This document shows positions 1 to 13,200 of a stretch of 64,000 nt of DNA, piece after piece; position 1 is the first letter of the stretch; each line of letters begins with the position of its first letter. The position numbers and the translations under genes were made by a program. This stretch comes from Felis catus. Taxonomy: Eukaryota. Location: the NCBI RefSeq assembly GCF_018350175.1, contig NC_058368.1, forward strand, positions 192,202,001-192,266,000, written 5' to 3'. Below the pieces are notes generated by a model, which saw only the letters and a program-made list of their open reading frames with translations, did no database searches and was not told where the DNA came from.

Positions 1-1850
1 AATACTTGTGTTTGTATACAATAACAACAAATTATCTGAACAGGAAATTAAGGAAACAGCCTCATTATTTACAATAGCACCAAAATGAATAAAACATATA
101 GGAATTAACTAAGGAAAGACTTGTACACTAAAGAAAGAAATTAAAGAAGACACAAACAAATGGAAATATGTCTACTGTTAATGGATAAGAAGACTTAATG
201 TTGATAATGCATCCATACTACACCAAGCAATCTACAGATTCAATGTAATTTCTACCAAAATCCCAAAGGCAGTCTTTATGGTAGTAGAAAGCCAATTCTA
301 AAATTCATATGGAACCACAAAAGACCAGGAATAGCTAAATCAATATCAACAAACATAACAAAGCTGGAGGCATCACAATTCCAGATTTTGAAGTATATTA
401 CAAAGCTGCTGTAATCAAAACAATATGGAACTGGAATAAAGATAGACCTATAGGCCAATGGAACAAAATGAGAACCCAGAAATAAATCCATGTACATGTC
501 AAATGATTTTCAGCAACGATGCCAGAAATACACAATGGAGAAAGGCTGTTAAGAAAACTGGATAACCACATGCAAAAGAATGAAATTGGACCCTTACCTT
601 ACATCACAAACAAAAGTCAATTTAAAATGTATTAAAGACTTAAACATAAGACCAGAAACTGTAAAACTCCTGGAAGAAAACATAGGAGAAAAACCTTGTT
701 ACATTAGTCTTACCAGTGATTTCATGGGTATGACACAAAAGCATAGGCAATAAAAGTAAAAATAGACAAGACTAAAAAGCTTCTGAACAGCAAAGGAAAC
801 AATAAACAGAGTGGAAAAGGCAATGGAATGGGAGAAAATTCGTTATAAGCCAGATATGTGATAGGGAGTTAATCTTCAAAATATATTAAGAATTCCTAAA
901 ACTCAGTAGTGTAAAAAAAAAAAAAAAAACCTAAGCCAATTAAAAAATGGGGTAAGGATGAATAGATAGACATGTCTCCAAAGAAAACATACAAATGGCT
1001 AACAGATAAAAGAAAAAATGATCATTGTCACTAATCATCAGGGAAATGCAAATCAAAACCACAATGAGATATCATCAGCTTACACCTGTCAGGACAGTTA
1101 CTATCAAAAGAAATAAAAAGCTAACAGGGTTGGTGAAGATGTGAAGAAATTGTATAAGAAACTTACACACTGTTTGTGGGAATGCAAAATGGTACAGCTG
1201 CTATGGAAAATAGTATGGAGTTTCCTCAAAATATTAAAAATAGAACTACCAAAAGATCCAGCAATCCCACTTCTGGGTTTTTATCCAAAAGAATTGAAGT
1301 CAGGATCTCAAAGAGATATTAGCACTCCTATGTTCATTTGCAGCATTATTCATAATAACCAAGATGTGGAAACAACCTAAATGTCCACGGATAAAGAAGA
1401 TGTGATATACACCTACAATGGTATATTTGGCCTTAAAAAACGAAGTTCTGACACATGCTACAACATGGATGAAACTTGAAAAGGTTATCGTAAGTGAAAT
1501 AGGCCAGTCACCAAAAAACAAATCCTGCATGATTCCACCTACATGAGGTACTGAAAATAGTCAAACTCATAGAATCAAAGAGTGGAATCATGGCTGCCAG
1601 GAGCTGGGAAAAGGGAGAAGCCAGGAGTTACTGCTAATCAATGGGCATACAGTTTCAATCAAGCAAAATAAATTAATTCTAGAAATCTGCTGTACAACAC
1701 TGTACCTATAGTGAACAACCCTGTATTATACATTTTAAACTTTGTTAAAAGAGCAGATCTCATGTTAAGTGTTTCTTACCACAATAAAATTTTTTGAAAA
1801 TGGTAAAATTTTAAAAATTAAGAAATTATTATTATTTTTAATAAATAAAA
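1..1850 (+). mobile_element. Old L1 (L1MA/MB-type), degenerate ORF2 3' part and 3' UTR
   Basis: Typical ORF2 motifs (aaattcatatggaaccacaaaagacc, aaagctggaggcatcacaatt, gaaatgcaaatcaaaaccacaatgagata) and an A-rich tail. Many stops and frameshifts. Confidence 0.92.
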
Positions 1851-1869
1851 ACAATTGTTTTAAGAAAGG

Positions 1870-2040
1870 AGCTTTGGAACCAGAAGGTTCAAATCCCACC
1901 CCTGCCACTCACTGACAGGAACTTTGGGTGGGTTTCTTCATATATTTCTTCATCTTACAAAAGGGTATTAGTTTCCACCTCCACAGAGGTCAGGAGGATT
2001 AAGTGAGAGATTGCTGTAGAGATCAGTACAATATTGGCAT
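1870..2040. mobile_element. MIR fragment
   Basis: ggttcaaatccc...ctgccactcact...aggattaagtgaga core-like sequence. Confidence 0.6.
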
Positions 2041-2789
2041 TTTGCATGTAGCATTTCCAGACCAAGGTCCCCTCGCCATACCCCCAGAAATGGCAAAGGC
2101 TCAAGGAAGCACAGCTTCTTCACAGCTCCTCATAAAGTGCAGGTGTATCAAACCAGGGGCTCCAAAGACCCAGATACTCAGACTGGTCCCCACCCAGAGG
2201 GGAGGCACTCACAATCCCATTCAAAGTCCCTGAAAGTCTTCACCCCCACTTCTGTTCAATTCCTAATCTGCTCTCAACCCCCATGGGTTCCTGCAGCTTC
2301 ACTCCGTTTTACACGCTGCTGGTGGGTCACGTGTGAATAGCTCTAGATGCTGCTAATCCTTGGTTTGCATATGAACAAAAGAAATGCTTCTAGTTCAGGA
2401 CTAAAACCTCAGAAGAAACAAGCCAGGGGCTGATGAAGGAGAGCAGCCTGACAGCAGGGCGAGTAAATAGCCTAACAGTATTAATAGAACTGCGAGAACA
2501 ATAGGAGATACCATAACACTCCCACAAACTGAAAAATAAACAAAGCCCCAAACCAAGAGTACCACAGACTGGATGACAGAAGGTTGGAAAACGCTGCCTA
2601 CAAATCAATCCCCAGTCTTTGTTCTGTTTTCCAAGTCATTTAGCACAGGGACATGTGCTACACTGGACCTTCTAACAGGAGAGCCACTTCCAAATACTTT
2701 GGACAATTCGTGAGTGCTACCTATCGTAGTTTATGACCTCTACCAGGGAAAAGCTTGGTGCTGCCCTTCCAAAGGCACCACTTCTTAAA

Positions 2790-3060
2790 ACCTTCATTCA
2801 TTCAGCAAATATTTACTAGACTCTCTGTCGGGCACTGAGCTAGTTCCTGAATATGCAGCAGCGAAGAACACAGGAGTTTGGATTCCACCCTCTGGAGAAG
2901 TTATATGCTAGTGGCAAAGACAGACAAAAGCAAGTAGACAAAGAAATAAACACTAATTGCAGTAAGTTCGAGCAAGGAAAAAGGAGGAGCTGACATGGAG
3001 AATAATCGTAAAGTCTGAGGAAAGAAGAAGGAGCAGTTTAGCTGAGCCTCAAAGAACAAG
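2790..3060. mobile_element. L2 fragment
   Basis: ttcattcattcagcaaatatttacta... L2 3' terminus. Confidence 0.6.
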
Positions 3061-3084
3061 AAAGGAAAGCCCTTAAAAGAGATG

Positions 3085-3520
3085 TGGCATCGTGTAATTC
3101 CAAGTATATAAAATATCCAGAAAGGCATATCTGTAGATGCAGAAAGTACACGGAAGGTTGGCTGGGGCTGAGGGTGGGAATAAGGAGGGAGTGTAAATGA
3201 GCCTGAGGTTTCTTTCTGGAGTGATGGGAAATGTTCTAAAATTAGATTGTGACTGTGATCGCACAACTCTGTAAATACATTTAAATCACTGAACAGTATA
3301 TTTTATTTATTTTAATTTTTAACGTTTATTTATTGTTTTTGAAATATGAAATTTATTGTCAAATTAGTTTCCATACAACACCCAGTGCTCATCCCAACAG
3401 GTGCCCTCCTCAATGGCTGTCACCCCCCACCCCCCCCATCAACCTTCAGTTGAACAGTATATTTTAAATGGGTGCATTTTATGATATCAACTGACCTCGA
3501 GAAAGCAAAAGATCGATAAG
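3085..3520 (+). mobile_element. Old L1M 3' end, interrupted by a short antisense felid L1 3' fragment (~3306-3449)
   Basis: Insert gaaatttattgtcaaattagtttccatacaacacccagtgctcatccc flanked by the direct repeat tgaacagtatatttta (~3290 and ~3451). Confidence 0.75.
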
Positions 3521-3719
3521 TAGATAGGTAATGGAATGAGACAGATTCACACACAGAGAGAATAAGTCCCAGGAAACAATCTTTTCTGAGGGTCCCCTGA
3601 CCAGCCCTCACCAGGCTCTCCAGTGCTTATCCTGGGTTGCTCAAGATTCTGATCCCTGAATTAAAGAGACTTGATAGGAGAGAACAGAGATTCTTTTTAA
3701 CTTATCTTTTGGGTTGGTT

Positions 3720-4156
3720 TTTTAATTTTTTTTTTTTTTTAAATTTTTTTTTTCAACTTTTATTTATTTTTGGGACAGAGAGAGACAGAGCATGAACGGG
3801 GGAGGGGCAGAGAGAGAGGGAGACACAGAATTGGAAACAGGCTCCAGGCTCTGAGCCATCAGCCCAGAGCCTGACGCGGGGCTCGAACCCACGGACCGCG
3901 AGATCGTGACCTGGCTGAAGTCGGACGCTTAACCGACTGCGCCACCCAGGTGCCCCTGGTTTTTTAATTTTAATTTTTTAGTTTAGAGAGAAAGAGCATA
4001 CAAGCATGGGAGAGGGGCAAAGAGAGAATCTTAAGGAGCCTCCACGCTCAGTGCAGAGCCAGACGTGGGGCTCCATCCCATGACCCTGGGATCATGACCT
4101 GAACCAAAATCACGAGTCCAACACTCAACCAACTGAGCCACCCAGGCCAGCACCCC
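3720..4156 (-). mobile_element. Two adjacent CanSINEs (young felid SINE plus older carnivore SINE)
   Basis: Reverse complement of ggggcacctgggtggcgcagtcggttaagcgtccgacttcagccagg..., with (CT)n and A tails. Confidence 0.92.
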
Positions 4157-4789
4157 TTGGATTTCTTTCACTCAAAACAGAGAACACATATTAATTACTA
4201 AGAATGCTACTTAATCTAATCTTATCTAGATTATAACAAACTGTTCCTGAATCCCTGTTCAAATAAAGAGAGAGAGAGAGAAAGAGAGAGAGAGATGGGA
4301 AGATCATCCCAGGGGAAGGAACCACTAGATATGTGTGAGGGGAGGCCACAACAGGCAGGAGAAGAGGTTGAGCAGAACCAAGAGGTCAGATAACCCAGGG
4401 CCCTCAGGGCCATGTCCATGAGTAAGGAGCAAGTTGCTTTCAACTCTATCAAGTGCACTCACTCTGCCAATCACTCAAGTTATCAATGTTTTGATGAAGA
4501 AACAAAAGGCAGAGCATAGAGAAATGAAGCTTACTTGATGCTTTATAATGTGCTGCCCCACACTGTCTCCCTCTTGCTTTGCCTAGCAACCCACTCAGGG
4601 AAACTGGTTTTATTAACTGATAACTTCAGTTATCAGATGAGGCAACCGGCACACAGGAAGTTAAACCGACTTGCCAAAGTTGACACATTTATGAACATGG
4701 AACCTAGCTAGGAATTACCTTAATTTTATGAACAAATTCTCCCCACTTGCCAAACATCTGGTTTACCAAAATCCAGATTACCAATCTGG

Positions 4790-5322
4790 ATCAGTTAGCT
4801 ATCACAGCATAATGAACCTCTGCAAGTTTTAGTAGCTTAAAACAACACTCAATATTGCTCGGGGATCTATGGAACAGCTGGTTGACTCTGCTGACCTAGA
4901 CCAGACTCAGCGATCTTCACTAGACTAGCTCATGTGTCTGCAGTCACTTGACTGGTCAACTGGATCCAGTTGGTCTGGGAGGATTTCATTCACATGTTGG
5001 GCAGTGGGCTGATGGCTGGGGCATAGAAACTGACTGGGCCACATATCTCTGGCCATGCAGTAGGCTAGCTGAAGTCTTTTACCCGGCAACAATACCATTC
5101 CAAGGGAGCAAGTGAAACCACACCGTGCTTCCTGAAGCCTAGGCTCAGAACTGGTATTCCTTGTAGTACACTCTACTGGCCAAAACAAGTGACAAGATCA
5201 GCCCAGAATCAAGGGGAAGGGAAATAGATTCTACTTTATGATAGGAAGAGGCACAAAGACACATTGTAAGGCCATGAATACAGGGAGGAATGAAGGATTA
5301 TTGCCATTTTTGCAATCTACTA
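4790..5322 (-). mobile_element. MaLR (MLT1-type) LTR
   Basis: tcagttagctat...agcttaaaacaac...ctactggccaaaacaagtgacaag...gccatttttgcaatctac. Confidence 0.7.
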
Positions 5323-5379
5323 AAATCTGATTCCCACCAACAGTAAGAGATAGATCTTCTAAAGAGGAGTAATGGCCAG

Positions 5380-6660
5380 GCATTTTCCTAGAGTCCCCCC
5401 GTTCCCTCTGGTCACTGCCACATACCCACAGACTACTCTGGTTAGGAGGAACAGAGAAAAGAATTATTATTTCTGTCCATCAGTTTCCCTCACACCTCGC
5501 TCTTAGAGAGCCTTTTTCAGGGCTTATCAGATGGATGGACAGTGTGGACATTTAACCCAGCTGGGCCAAAGACGTTTTATTTGTTTCCTGGGGCTGCCAT
5601 AACCAAGTACCACAACTGGGTGGTTTGAGACAACAGAAATTTATTCTCTCACAGTTCTGGAAGCTACAAGACTAAAATCAAGGTGGCAGACTTTTCTATT
5701 GGAAAGTCTAGGGGAAAATTGTTCTATTCTTCTCTCCTAGCTTCTGGTGTTTCCTAGCAATGCTTGGCATCCATTGGCTCATGACAGTATAATTCCAGGG
5801 TTTGCCTCTGTACTCGCATGGCATTCTCCCCTGTGTCTGTGTCTCCAATGACCCCAGTCATTGGATTAGAGCCCATCTTAATTCAGTATGACCTCATTTT
5901 GTGGACTTACATCTGCAAAGATCCTATTTCCAAAAAAAGTCACATTTTGATGGGGCGCCTGGGTGGCGCAGTCGGTTAAGTGTCCAACTTCAGCCAGGTC
6001 ACGATCTCGCGGTCCGTGAGTTCGAGCCCCGCGTCGGGCTCTGGGCTGATGGCTGGGAGCCTGGAGCCTGTTTCCGATTCTGTGTCTCCCTCTCTCTCTG
6101 CCCCTTGCCCGTTCATGCTCTGTCTCTCTCTGTCCCAAAAATAAATAAACGTTGAAAAAAAAATTTTTTTAAAAAAAAGTCACATTCTGAGGTTCCAAGT
6201 AGACTTGAACCTTGAGGGGCTACTATTCAACCTAGTACAGAGATTCTCTGTCCCACATATTTACAAACAAGAGTTGGAAATACCTATTTGCTTTTGTTGA
6301 TTCTTGAACAGAAAGGACATGTAAGGAGCTAGACTGGCCATTTTCTGCCATTTATATAAAAGCAAAGGAAGTCGGTCTGTAGAGAGAAAAAGAACAAAGC
6401 AGCTCTTCAGAGAGAAGTGGCGATAACAAATCACACAGATCACGCTGAGACAGACAGACCAACAAGCCAAGAGACACCAAGACACTCTGCCTTGGTTGCT
6501 GAGTGTTTTCATAGCCCTCGTTCAGTCCTTTTATGGGACCAGCGTGCACTTCCTACCCTTGAATTCCGGGAGATACTTCCGTATCTTTGCAATAACTTTT
6601 CCTCCTTGGTGCAAGTTAGTTTGAGTGGATTCTCTATCCTGCAACCAAAAGACTTCCATA
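5380..6660. mobile_element. Nested elements: ERVL LTR16-like LTR > MLT1 LTR (~5577-6240) > felid SINE (5952-6175)
   Basis: SINE TSD aaaaaaagtcacatt on both sides. MLT1 motif gggctgccataaccaagtaccacaactgggtggttt. LTR16-like 3' end gcaagttagtttgagtggattctctatcctgcaaccaaaagact. Confidence 0.7.
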
Positions 6661-7084
6661 AAGCCAGAGGTGACTTCCTTTTACTGCCAAAATGTTTCTT
6701 GAGGCCAGCCTGGCTGGGGCTGTAACAGGAAGGTGTCAGTCATGAAGTGGGAAGCCTTGCCCTGTATGTTGCTGCTGTCCCCATTCAGTACATGGTGGGT
6801 AGGTTCCCAGGCCAGCCTACAAAAGACTCTTTAACCATGCAATGTTATTAGCCTGCTAACTCAGCTGCAGAACAAGTAGATAAGTAGGCAAATGTATAAA
6901 ACCACATACAAATAAGTCAAGTTAGGCATTTCTCCCCTCTCTATTCAAACCATTCTGTGTTTTGTGTTTCGTTTTTTGTTTTTCAATTTTCCAAGTAACA
7001 GAGAAACAGAGACGGGTCAAAGTGTTTTCAATTTCTCTTTAATCTCAAGTAACTGTAGTGCTTAGTAATACCATAATCTATAAG

Positions 7085-7590
7085 GGACATTCTGGCCACC
7101 CAGTATCTTGTGAGCCACGTCCTAAGTCATCTCCTCCAAGATAGAAGCCAGAATTCACTTTCCCAGCATCCCTTGCACTCAAGAAAGCATGTGACCTAGC
7201 TCTGCCAATCAGATCAATGCAAGCCTTCAATCTGGAAATGAACCACGCACATGAGGAAGCAAGCTCTGTTCCAAACGCCTATTTTAATGGAGCTAAGTAA
7301 TGAAAGTATCTAGATTAGGGGGGCAAGAATAGCACAGATTCTGTGGGCCAGTCCCAAACATCATCAGAGAAAGCGCCAGTATTTATGCTAAACAGTAGTG
7401 CGGTCCTCATGGTGGTGCCTCCACGACGTGATCTGGGCTTTGTTTCTGAATGAATGGCCAGTCTCAAGCTTCATGTCTAGACTTCCCTGAGATTCTGTGA
7501 GCCTTATACATCCTTTAAGGACCTCCTTTCTTGAACAAACCAGCAAACGTGGAATGAATTTCTTGCAACTGAGAATACTGGCTGATACAC
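7085..7590 (+). mobile_element. ERVL (LTR16/LTR33-like) LTR
   Basis: tcactttcccagcatcccttgca...catgtgacctagctctgccaatcagat...ttcttgcaactgagaatactggctgataca. Confidence 0.55.
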
Positions 7591-7889
7591 AATATTTCTG
7601 GCATTGTTCCAACCTCTGCCTGAAGATGGGATTCTTCATCCATCTAGACTGTCCTGAGCACCTGCGCTGCCTTGTCTCATAGAGCCACAAATGCAAGTGA
7701 CAGGACTGCTCTGACCCCTTTTTGGTGTTTGCCTTTTGAAAGCAATTTAGAATCCATGTTGGCATCCCCCTTCGAACCTGAAAGACGTTTTTCATAATAT
7801 GTTAAAAAGACATAAATGCAATAAGCATAATTTCTAGATAACAGAGCGTTACATGATGATTTTTCAGAAAATATGTAATCTACCCCCTA

Positions 7890-7920
<31 letters not shown>

Positions 7921-7933
7921 CGCAGCCTATCTT

Positions 7934-8158
7934 TTTTTTTTTAATTTTTTTCAACGTTTTTTATTTATTTTTGGGACAGAGAGAGACAGAGCATGAACGG
8001 GGGAGGGGCAGAGAGAGAGGGAGACACAGAATCAGAAACAGGCTCCAGGCTCCGAGCCATCAGCCCAGAGCCTGACGCGGGGCTCGAACTCACGGACCGC
8101 GAGATCATGACCTGGCTGAAGTCGGACACTTAACAGACTGCGCCACCCAGGCGCTCCG
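7934..8158 (-). mobile_element. Young felid CanSINE
   Basis: Near-consensus sequence with TSD aacgcagcctatcttt on both sides. Confidence 0.95.
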
Positions 8159-8794
8159 AACGCAGCCTATCTTTAATGAGAGGCACCAAAACCTTAGTAA
8201 AGCTCGCTTAACAACAGTAGTCATAGTCTGTTAAACTTATCTCTTCCCACTGGAAGGAAAAATTATCACCTTCCAATGACAGCTATCTCAGGTTCCATAA
8301 AGAGTATCTTTCCAGGGGTCTTCCATAGTTCAGTCTATTCATAGTCATAAAGTAGGTATATTTTTTGTGTGTGCATTTTGCATATCTGATCATGCCACTC
8401 CACTGAGTAAAACTTAAGTCATTCTGTACTCATTTTGGAAAAAAAGTCCAAATTCCTCAGCATGATTTGTAAGGTTAGCAATGCCTGTCTCTCCAGCCCC
8501 CTACCTTGCTATGCTTTGAAACTCTACTCCTTGCTTGTAACATTCCATTTGCAGCCATACTCCACTATTTATGGTTCGTTCACTGAATGGAATACTTCTG
8601 TATCTTGATTCACACTGCTCCCTCTGCCTGGCATCACCTTCTATACTTTGTCCAAAGATAAACAGCCATCCCTTTACCAACACCCAACACCAAGGTCAAC
8701 TAACTCTAGAGTATCTGCATATTCACATATGGATTTTGTTTTAATCAAAACTCTTTCACTTGCAAATAACAGATCACTCAAACTGGCTTTAAAG

Positions 8795-9620
8795 GGGCAA
8801 ACAATTTGAACAGACACCTTACAAAGGATTGACAAATGGCCAATAAGCACATGACAATGTGCTCAATATCATTAGTCGTAAGAGAAATACAAATTAAAAC
8901 CACAACGAGATATTTTACATATCTTGGAATGGTTAAAATTACAACAGCTGACAGCAACAAATGTTGACTAAGAAATTGAACAACTGGAATTCTTGTACAT
9001 TTCTGGTGGGCATGTATAAGGGTCCATGTACTTTGGAAGACTGCCAGTTTATTTTAAAATTACACATACATCTATCCAATGCCCAGCAATTCCATCCCTG
9101 GATATTTACTCACGAGAAGTGAAAACATATGTCCACAAAAAGACCCATACAAATATATTCATGGCAGTCTTATTCATAATAGGGTAAAATGGAAATAACC
9201 CAAATGTCGATCAATAGGACAATGATAACCAAATTGTTATATATTCGTACAATTGACTACTACTCAGCCATATAAAGGAACCAATTGCTAATAGATGAAA
9301 CAGCATGGATGAATCTCAAAAACATGTGCAGAGTAAAAAATACTATGCCAAAAAGTAAAAACTGTATAATTCCATACACATAAAATTTTAGAATTTGGAA
9401 ATAATAATCTGTGGAGATAGAAATCAGAAAGTCATAGCCAAGGCAGAGGACAGGGGAAGACTAACTAAAAAAGGACACAAGAGATGCCTTTCCGGAAGAG
9501 CCATAGAAATGTTTTATATTCTGTTTTGGATAGTGGTTGCTCAAATTATGTATTTGTGAAGACTCATCAAATTAAATACCTAATATGCTCATTTTTTAAT
9601 GTATACCTTAATTCCAAATA
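8795..9620 (+). mobile_element. Old L1M 3' fragment
   Basis: aacagacaccttacaaagg...aaatggccaataagcacatga...catggatgaatctcaaaaacat. Confidence 0.8.
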
Positions 9621-11689
9621 ATCTGGCTTTAAGAATGGACCCTCTCACCAGATCCATACCTGTACGTACATACACACAACATTTTTCCTGTAATTTTAGC
9701 ATGTTCCCAGATCCAAAAGTTCACACAATCCAGACTAAGAATTCCTGGACTAAATGGCTTCTAAGGGCTTGCCAATAGTTCACATTCTCTGGATTCTCTG
9801 AAGAAAAAATCACGTCTGGGATCACAATGCAATCACAAAGTCAATGGGGGAAAATGAGTCCCCAAGGTTCTGATGATTCACATTTCACCTGCAGCTAAAT
9901 CAAGAAACATTCACACACATCTTTCTTGGAAGTGAAATGCCAAAGTCAGTGTCTTCATTCTGGCCCCATGGAGCAAAGGCGGAATCCGGGAACTCATGGT
10001 AAAGAACAGTATGGATTGGAGATGACCACAAGAGAAAGTAGATGCATCCTAAGACAGAAGGTCTGGTTTGGAGCCTCAGCTTCACCAAGCAAGCTAAAGA
10101 ATCCTTGAAAGAATCTTAGAACCCATCATGCAAAGGGCCTCTTTTCAGGGACGAGCACACTGAGTCCCAAAGAAAGGGAAAGACTGGCTCAAGTTCAAAC
10201 AGCAAGTGACAGAGTCTGGCTGAGAACTCTGCCTTATCAAACCCAATTGTTATGAACCCTGTTGTTTTGTTCGCCCAGTGTTTATTTTCCAGGAATTTCT
10301 TCTTTATCCAATTATGCACAGGGCTGTAGTAGAAGCTGCTACAGTCCATCAAAGTAACCTACAATACCTGGCCTACAGTTTATGGATCTAGAGGCGGGCA
10401 TCTAACTCAGATTTTGCCTATCTGTCATTTCCAGAGAAAGAGAGAGGAGAGAGAAACATAGGGTGGGGGAAGAGAGAGATGAGAGAGGGAAGGGGAAGAG
10501 AAGGAAGAGGAAAAGAAAAAAAAAAGAAGGATCCCATCTGCTATTAGATGCTTGTACTATTCATACAAACTTAGGAGCTATTGGCACTGGCCGTTGTCTG
10601 CCCCACGGACTGGAAAATCCATAAATCAGAGGTGCCCAAGGACTAAGGTTGCTAATCAGCCTCCAGACTTTCTACAGAGCTTCTGGGAATTCAGAGATAG
10701 TCAAGGAAGTGTTTAGTGCAGAAACCATAAAAAAGATTCACTCTACTGGTGGCAACTAAGCACTGGCATACGAACTAAACAAAGAATACTACCTCTGGAG
10801 CTGAGTTTCCTGATTCTAAGGAAAGGATGTGTGTAAGGTATGGCGGTCCATCATACAGTCATTTATACTGTTAGGAAAAAGGAAAAGTCACCTAAATGTC
10901 CAAAATAAGAGAGGTTTTAAATAAATTTTGATGGAGCCCCTGATAAAATATTATATAGGTATTAAATATCCTGTCCTAGAAGAATATTTAATGACTTGAC
11001 CATTGTTTTTAATATAATGCTAAATTTAGTCATAATCAAAACTATATAAAACATAATAATCCAAATTTTGTAAAAGTATAGATATCTACTTATATGCATA
11101 TGCATAGAAAAAAAGACTAGAATGAAAAACCGTGCTAACAAGGTATCATCCCTGTTAGCCAGACTATTGTTTTGTTCCAGTTAGTCCTGTTACACAACAG
11201 AATTAAGGACAAGGAAAATCAACTTGCTCCACTTCTACCTAATCCACCCAATTAAATTCAACACACTAAATGTCAGATTTCTTTAAAAGCAAAAGGGACG
11301 TATTTATCAGCATTTTAGACAAATAAGAAAAAATTGGCATCAACCCCATGATTTTATAAATGTTCTACTCTTGGTCCTGGGCAGGATGTTTTCAAGGGCC
11401 TAAGCATCACCCTCAAACTAATATGGCCAGCAGTAGTTACTCACCCCTCATAACTCTAGCGTGCCTTGCTGCTGGGTTCCTGCCAAAGATGCCTGCTCTG
11501 GGGAAACCAAAGTGGTTAAGGTGCTTCAATGTGCCACCTGATCAAACGGACGTGACCAATAGCACCCAGCCTGTCACCTGGGTTTGGTCTTGTCATAGTA
11601 CCCACCTTGCTCTTATCATCACTGGTCTCTTTCTCACAAAACTGTCTCTACAGAAGCAAGGGCAGTGTTTTCATTGGCTATTTACTTGT

Positions 11690-11990
11690 AGGCAAAGGTC
11701 ATGGTCAGATATCTAACAACCAGATTGGTATATCCACCATCCAATCAGAATGGTACAGGCAGCAGCTCTAGAGGAGTGTTCTGGAGGCCTTTGCTGTGCT
11801 TGCCATCAACCTATTAGTTGTTAGATCATGGGGAAGACCAGGGAGGGGGTCTCTGAGGAGGACCAGGGCATCAGGAATCCTGGGAAAGATCACTTGGGTC
11901 TCAGAGCAGCAGCTATTACCAATGGTATGGATGTGACTTAATGTTTTAACAACCACTATGGTCATACCAATGTAAAATACCACCCACAGA
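11690..11990. mobile_element. Possible ancient hAT-type MITE remnants
   Basis: atatctaacaacc...ccaatcagaatgg and the inverted gttgttagat. Resembles old mammalian hAT-Tip100-like repeats. Confidence 0.35.
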
Positions 11991-13079
11991 CCTGGGAAGG
12001 AGGGAACCCCTGGCCCCCACATTTTAGAAGGCCTCACATGTCATAAAAAATATACCATTAAAGAACACACGGACACCTTTGTCCATCAGTATTCAACACC
12101 AGCAAGCATGGCCCACTCCCTAAACACCTGCTCTCAAGACCAACACCATTCAGGCCCGAGAGAAGCAGTTCTCGTCAGCTCTGACCCTAAGTTCTTGAAC
12201 AAAAGATGACTGAGTCGGAGTGTTTGTGGGTTGCGGCTCTGCTGACCTCGAAGACAGGAATTTAGAGTGCAAGCGGGATTTGTGTGGAGAGAGGGCTCAG
12301 GTTGGAGAAAGACAAATTAATTAATGTGTCAGATTCTTCCACAAAGATAGCATAAACATGATAGATTCGTGAATCGTGAAGTATCATTTCCCAGTAGTGC
12401 TGAGTGTCCATTTTTTGCTTCTCTTCCGTGTTCCAATATATTATTTCAGAATATTCACAGATCAGCACGGTACTCATAATATCCAAGCACATGGTGGCTA
12501 AGGAATATTTGCCGTATTAAAAAATTCATCTGGACATACTATCCCGAAAAGATGGCCAAAATATATTAAGTTAAAAATAAGGTGCAAAACAGTCAGTACA
12601 TTATGTTCTTATTTGTGGGGTCTTTTTAAAGTTCATATACCTAGAGGTATGTACATTTGTACAGTCATAGTAAACTTCTGGATGTTCTGTCTGGAATTTT
12701 CTCTTTCTGGGAGTCCAGTGAGAGGAGAGTTTACTCTATTTCATGCTCTTCTGAAGTGTTTGAGTGTTTTTTTTTTTTTTTACTGTGTATAGATTACTTT
12801 TTCAATTTAAGACCTTTTTCTATTTAATAAGAAATTCCTAACACAGAGTGAACTTCTTTTTGTGGTTGACCTAGATTTTCTAATTTTTCAATGTTGAACA
12901 TCCATTGTTAGTACATTCTCAGTAATTCACTTCTAGTGAATTCAGAAAGTTATAAAAGTTTTAGTCACCGGTCACTTCCCCTAACTAATTAGCCCAATGC
13001 ACTTCTGCAGAATTTCTGTCCCCACAGCTGAGAGTATGTGGGTTTCCAGTTATTCTGGGAAGTAAAGCTACTGTGCAGA

Positions 13080-13082
<3 letters not shown>

Positions 13083-13137
<55 letters not shown>

Positions 13138-13200
13138 CAGACAGACAGGGGGAGACAGAAAAAGAGAGAGAGAGAGACAAAGAGCCAGCCAGCCAGCCAG
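13083..13200. repeat. Compound (TG)n(GA)n microsatellite
   Basis: Direct reading. Confidence 0.95.

Noticed and set aside
5952..6040. tRNA-like A/B boxes in SINE heads
   Set aside because: CanSINEs are tRNA-derived; these are not tRNA genes.
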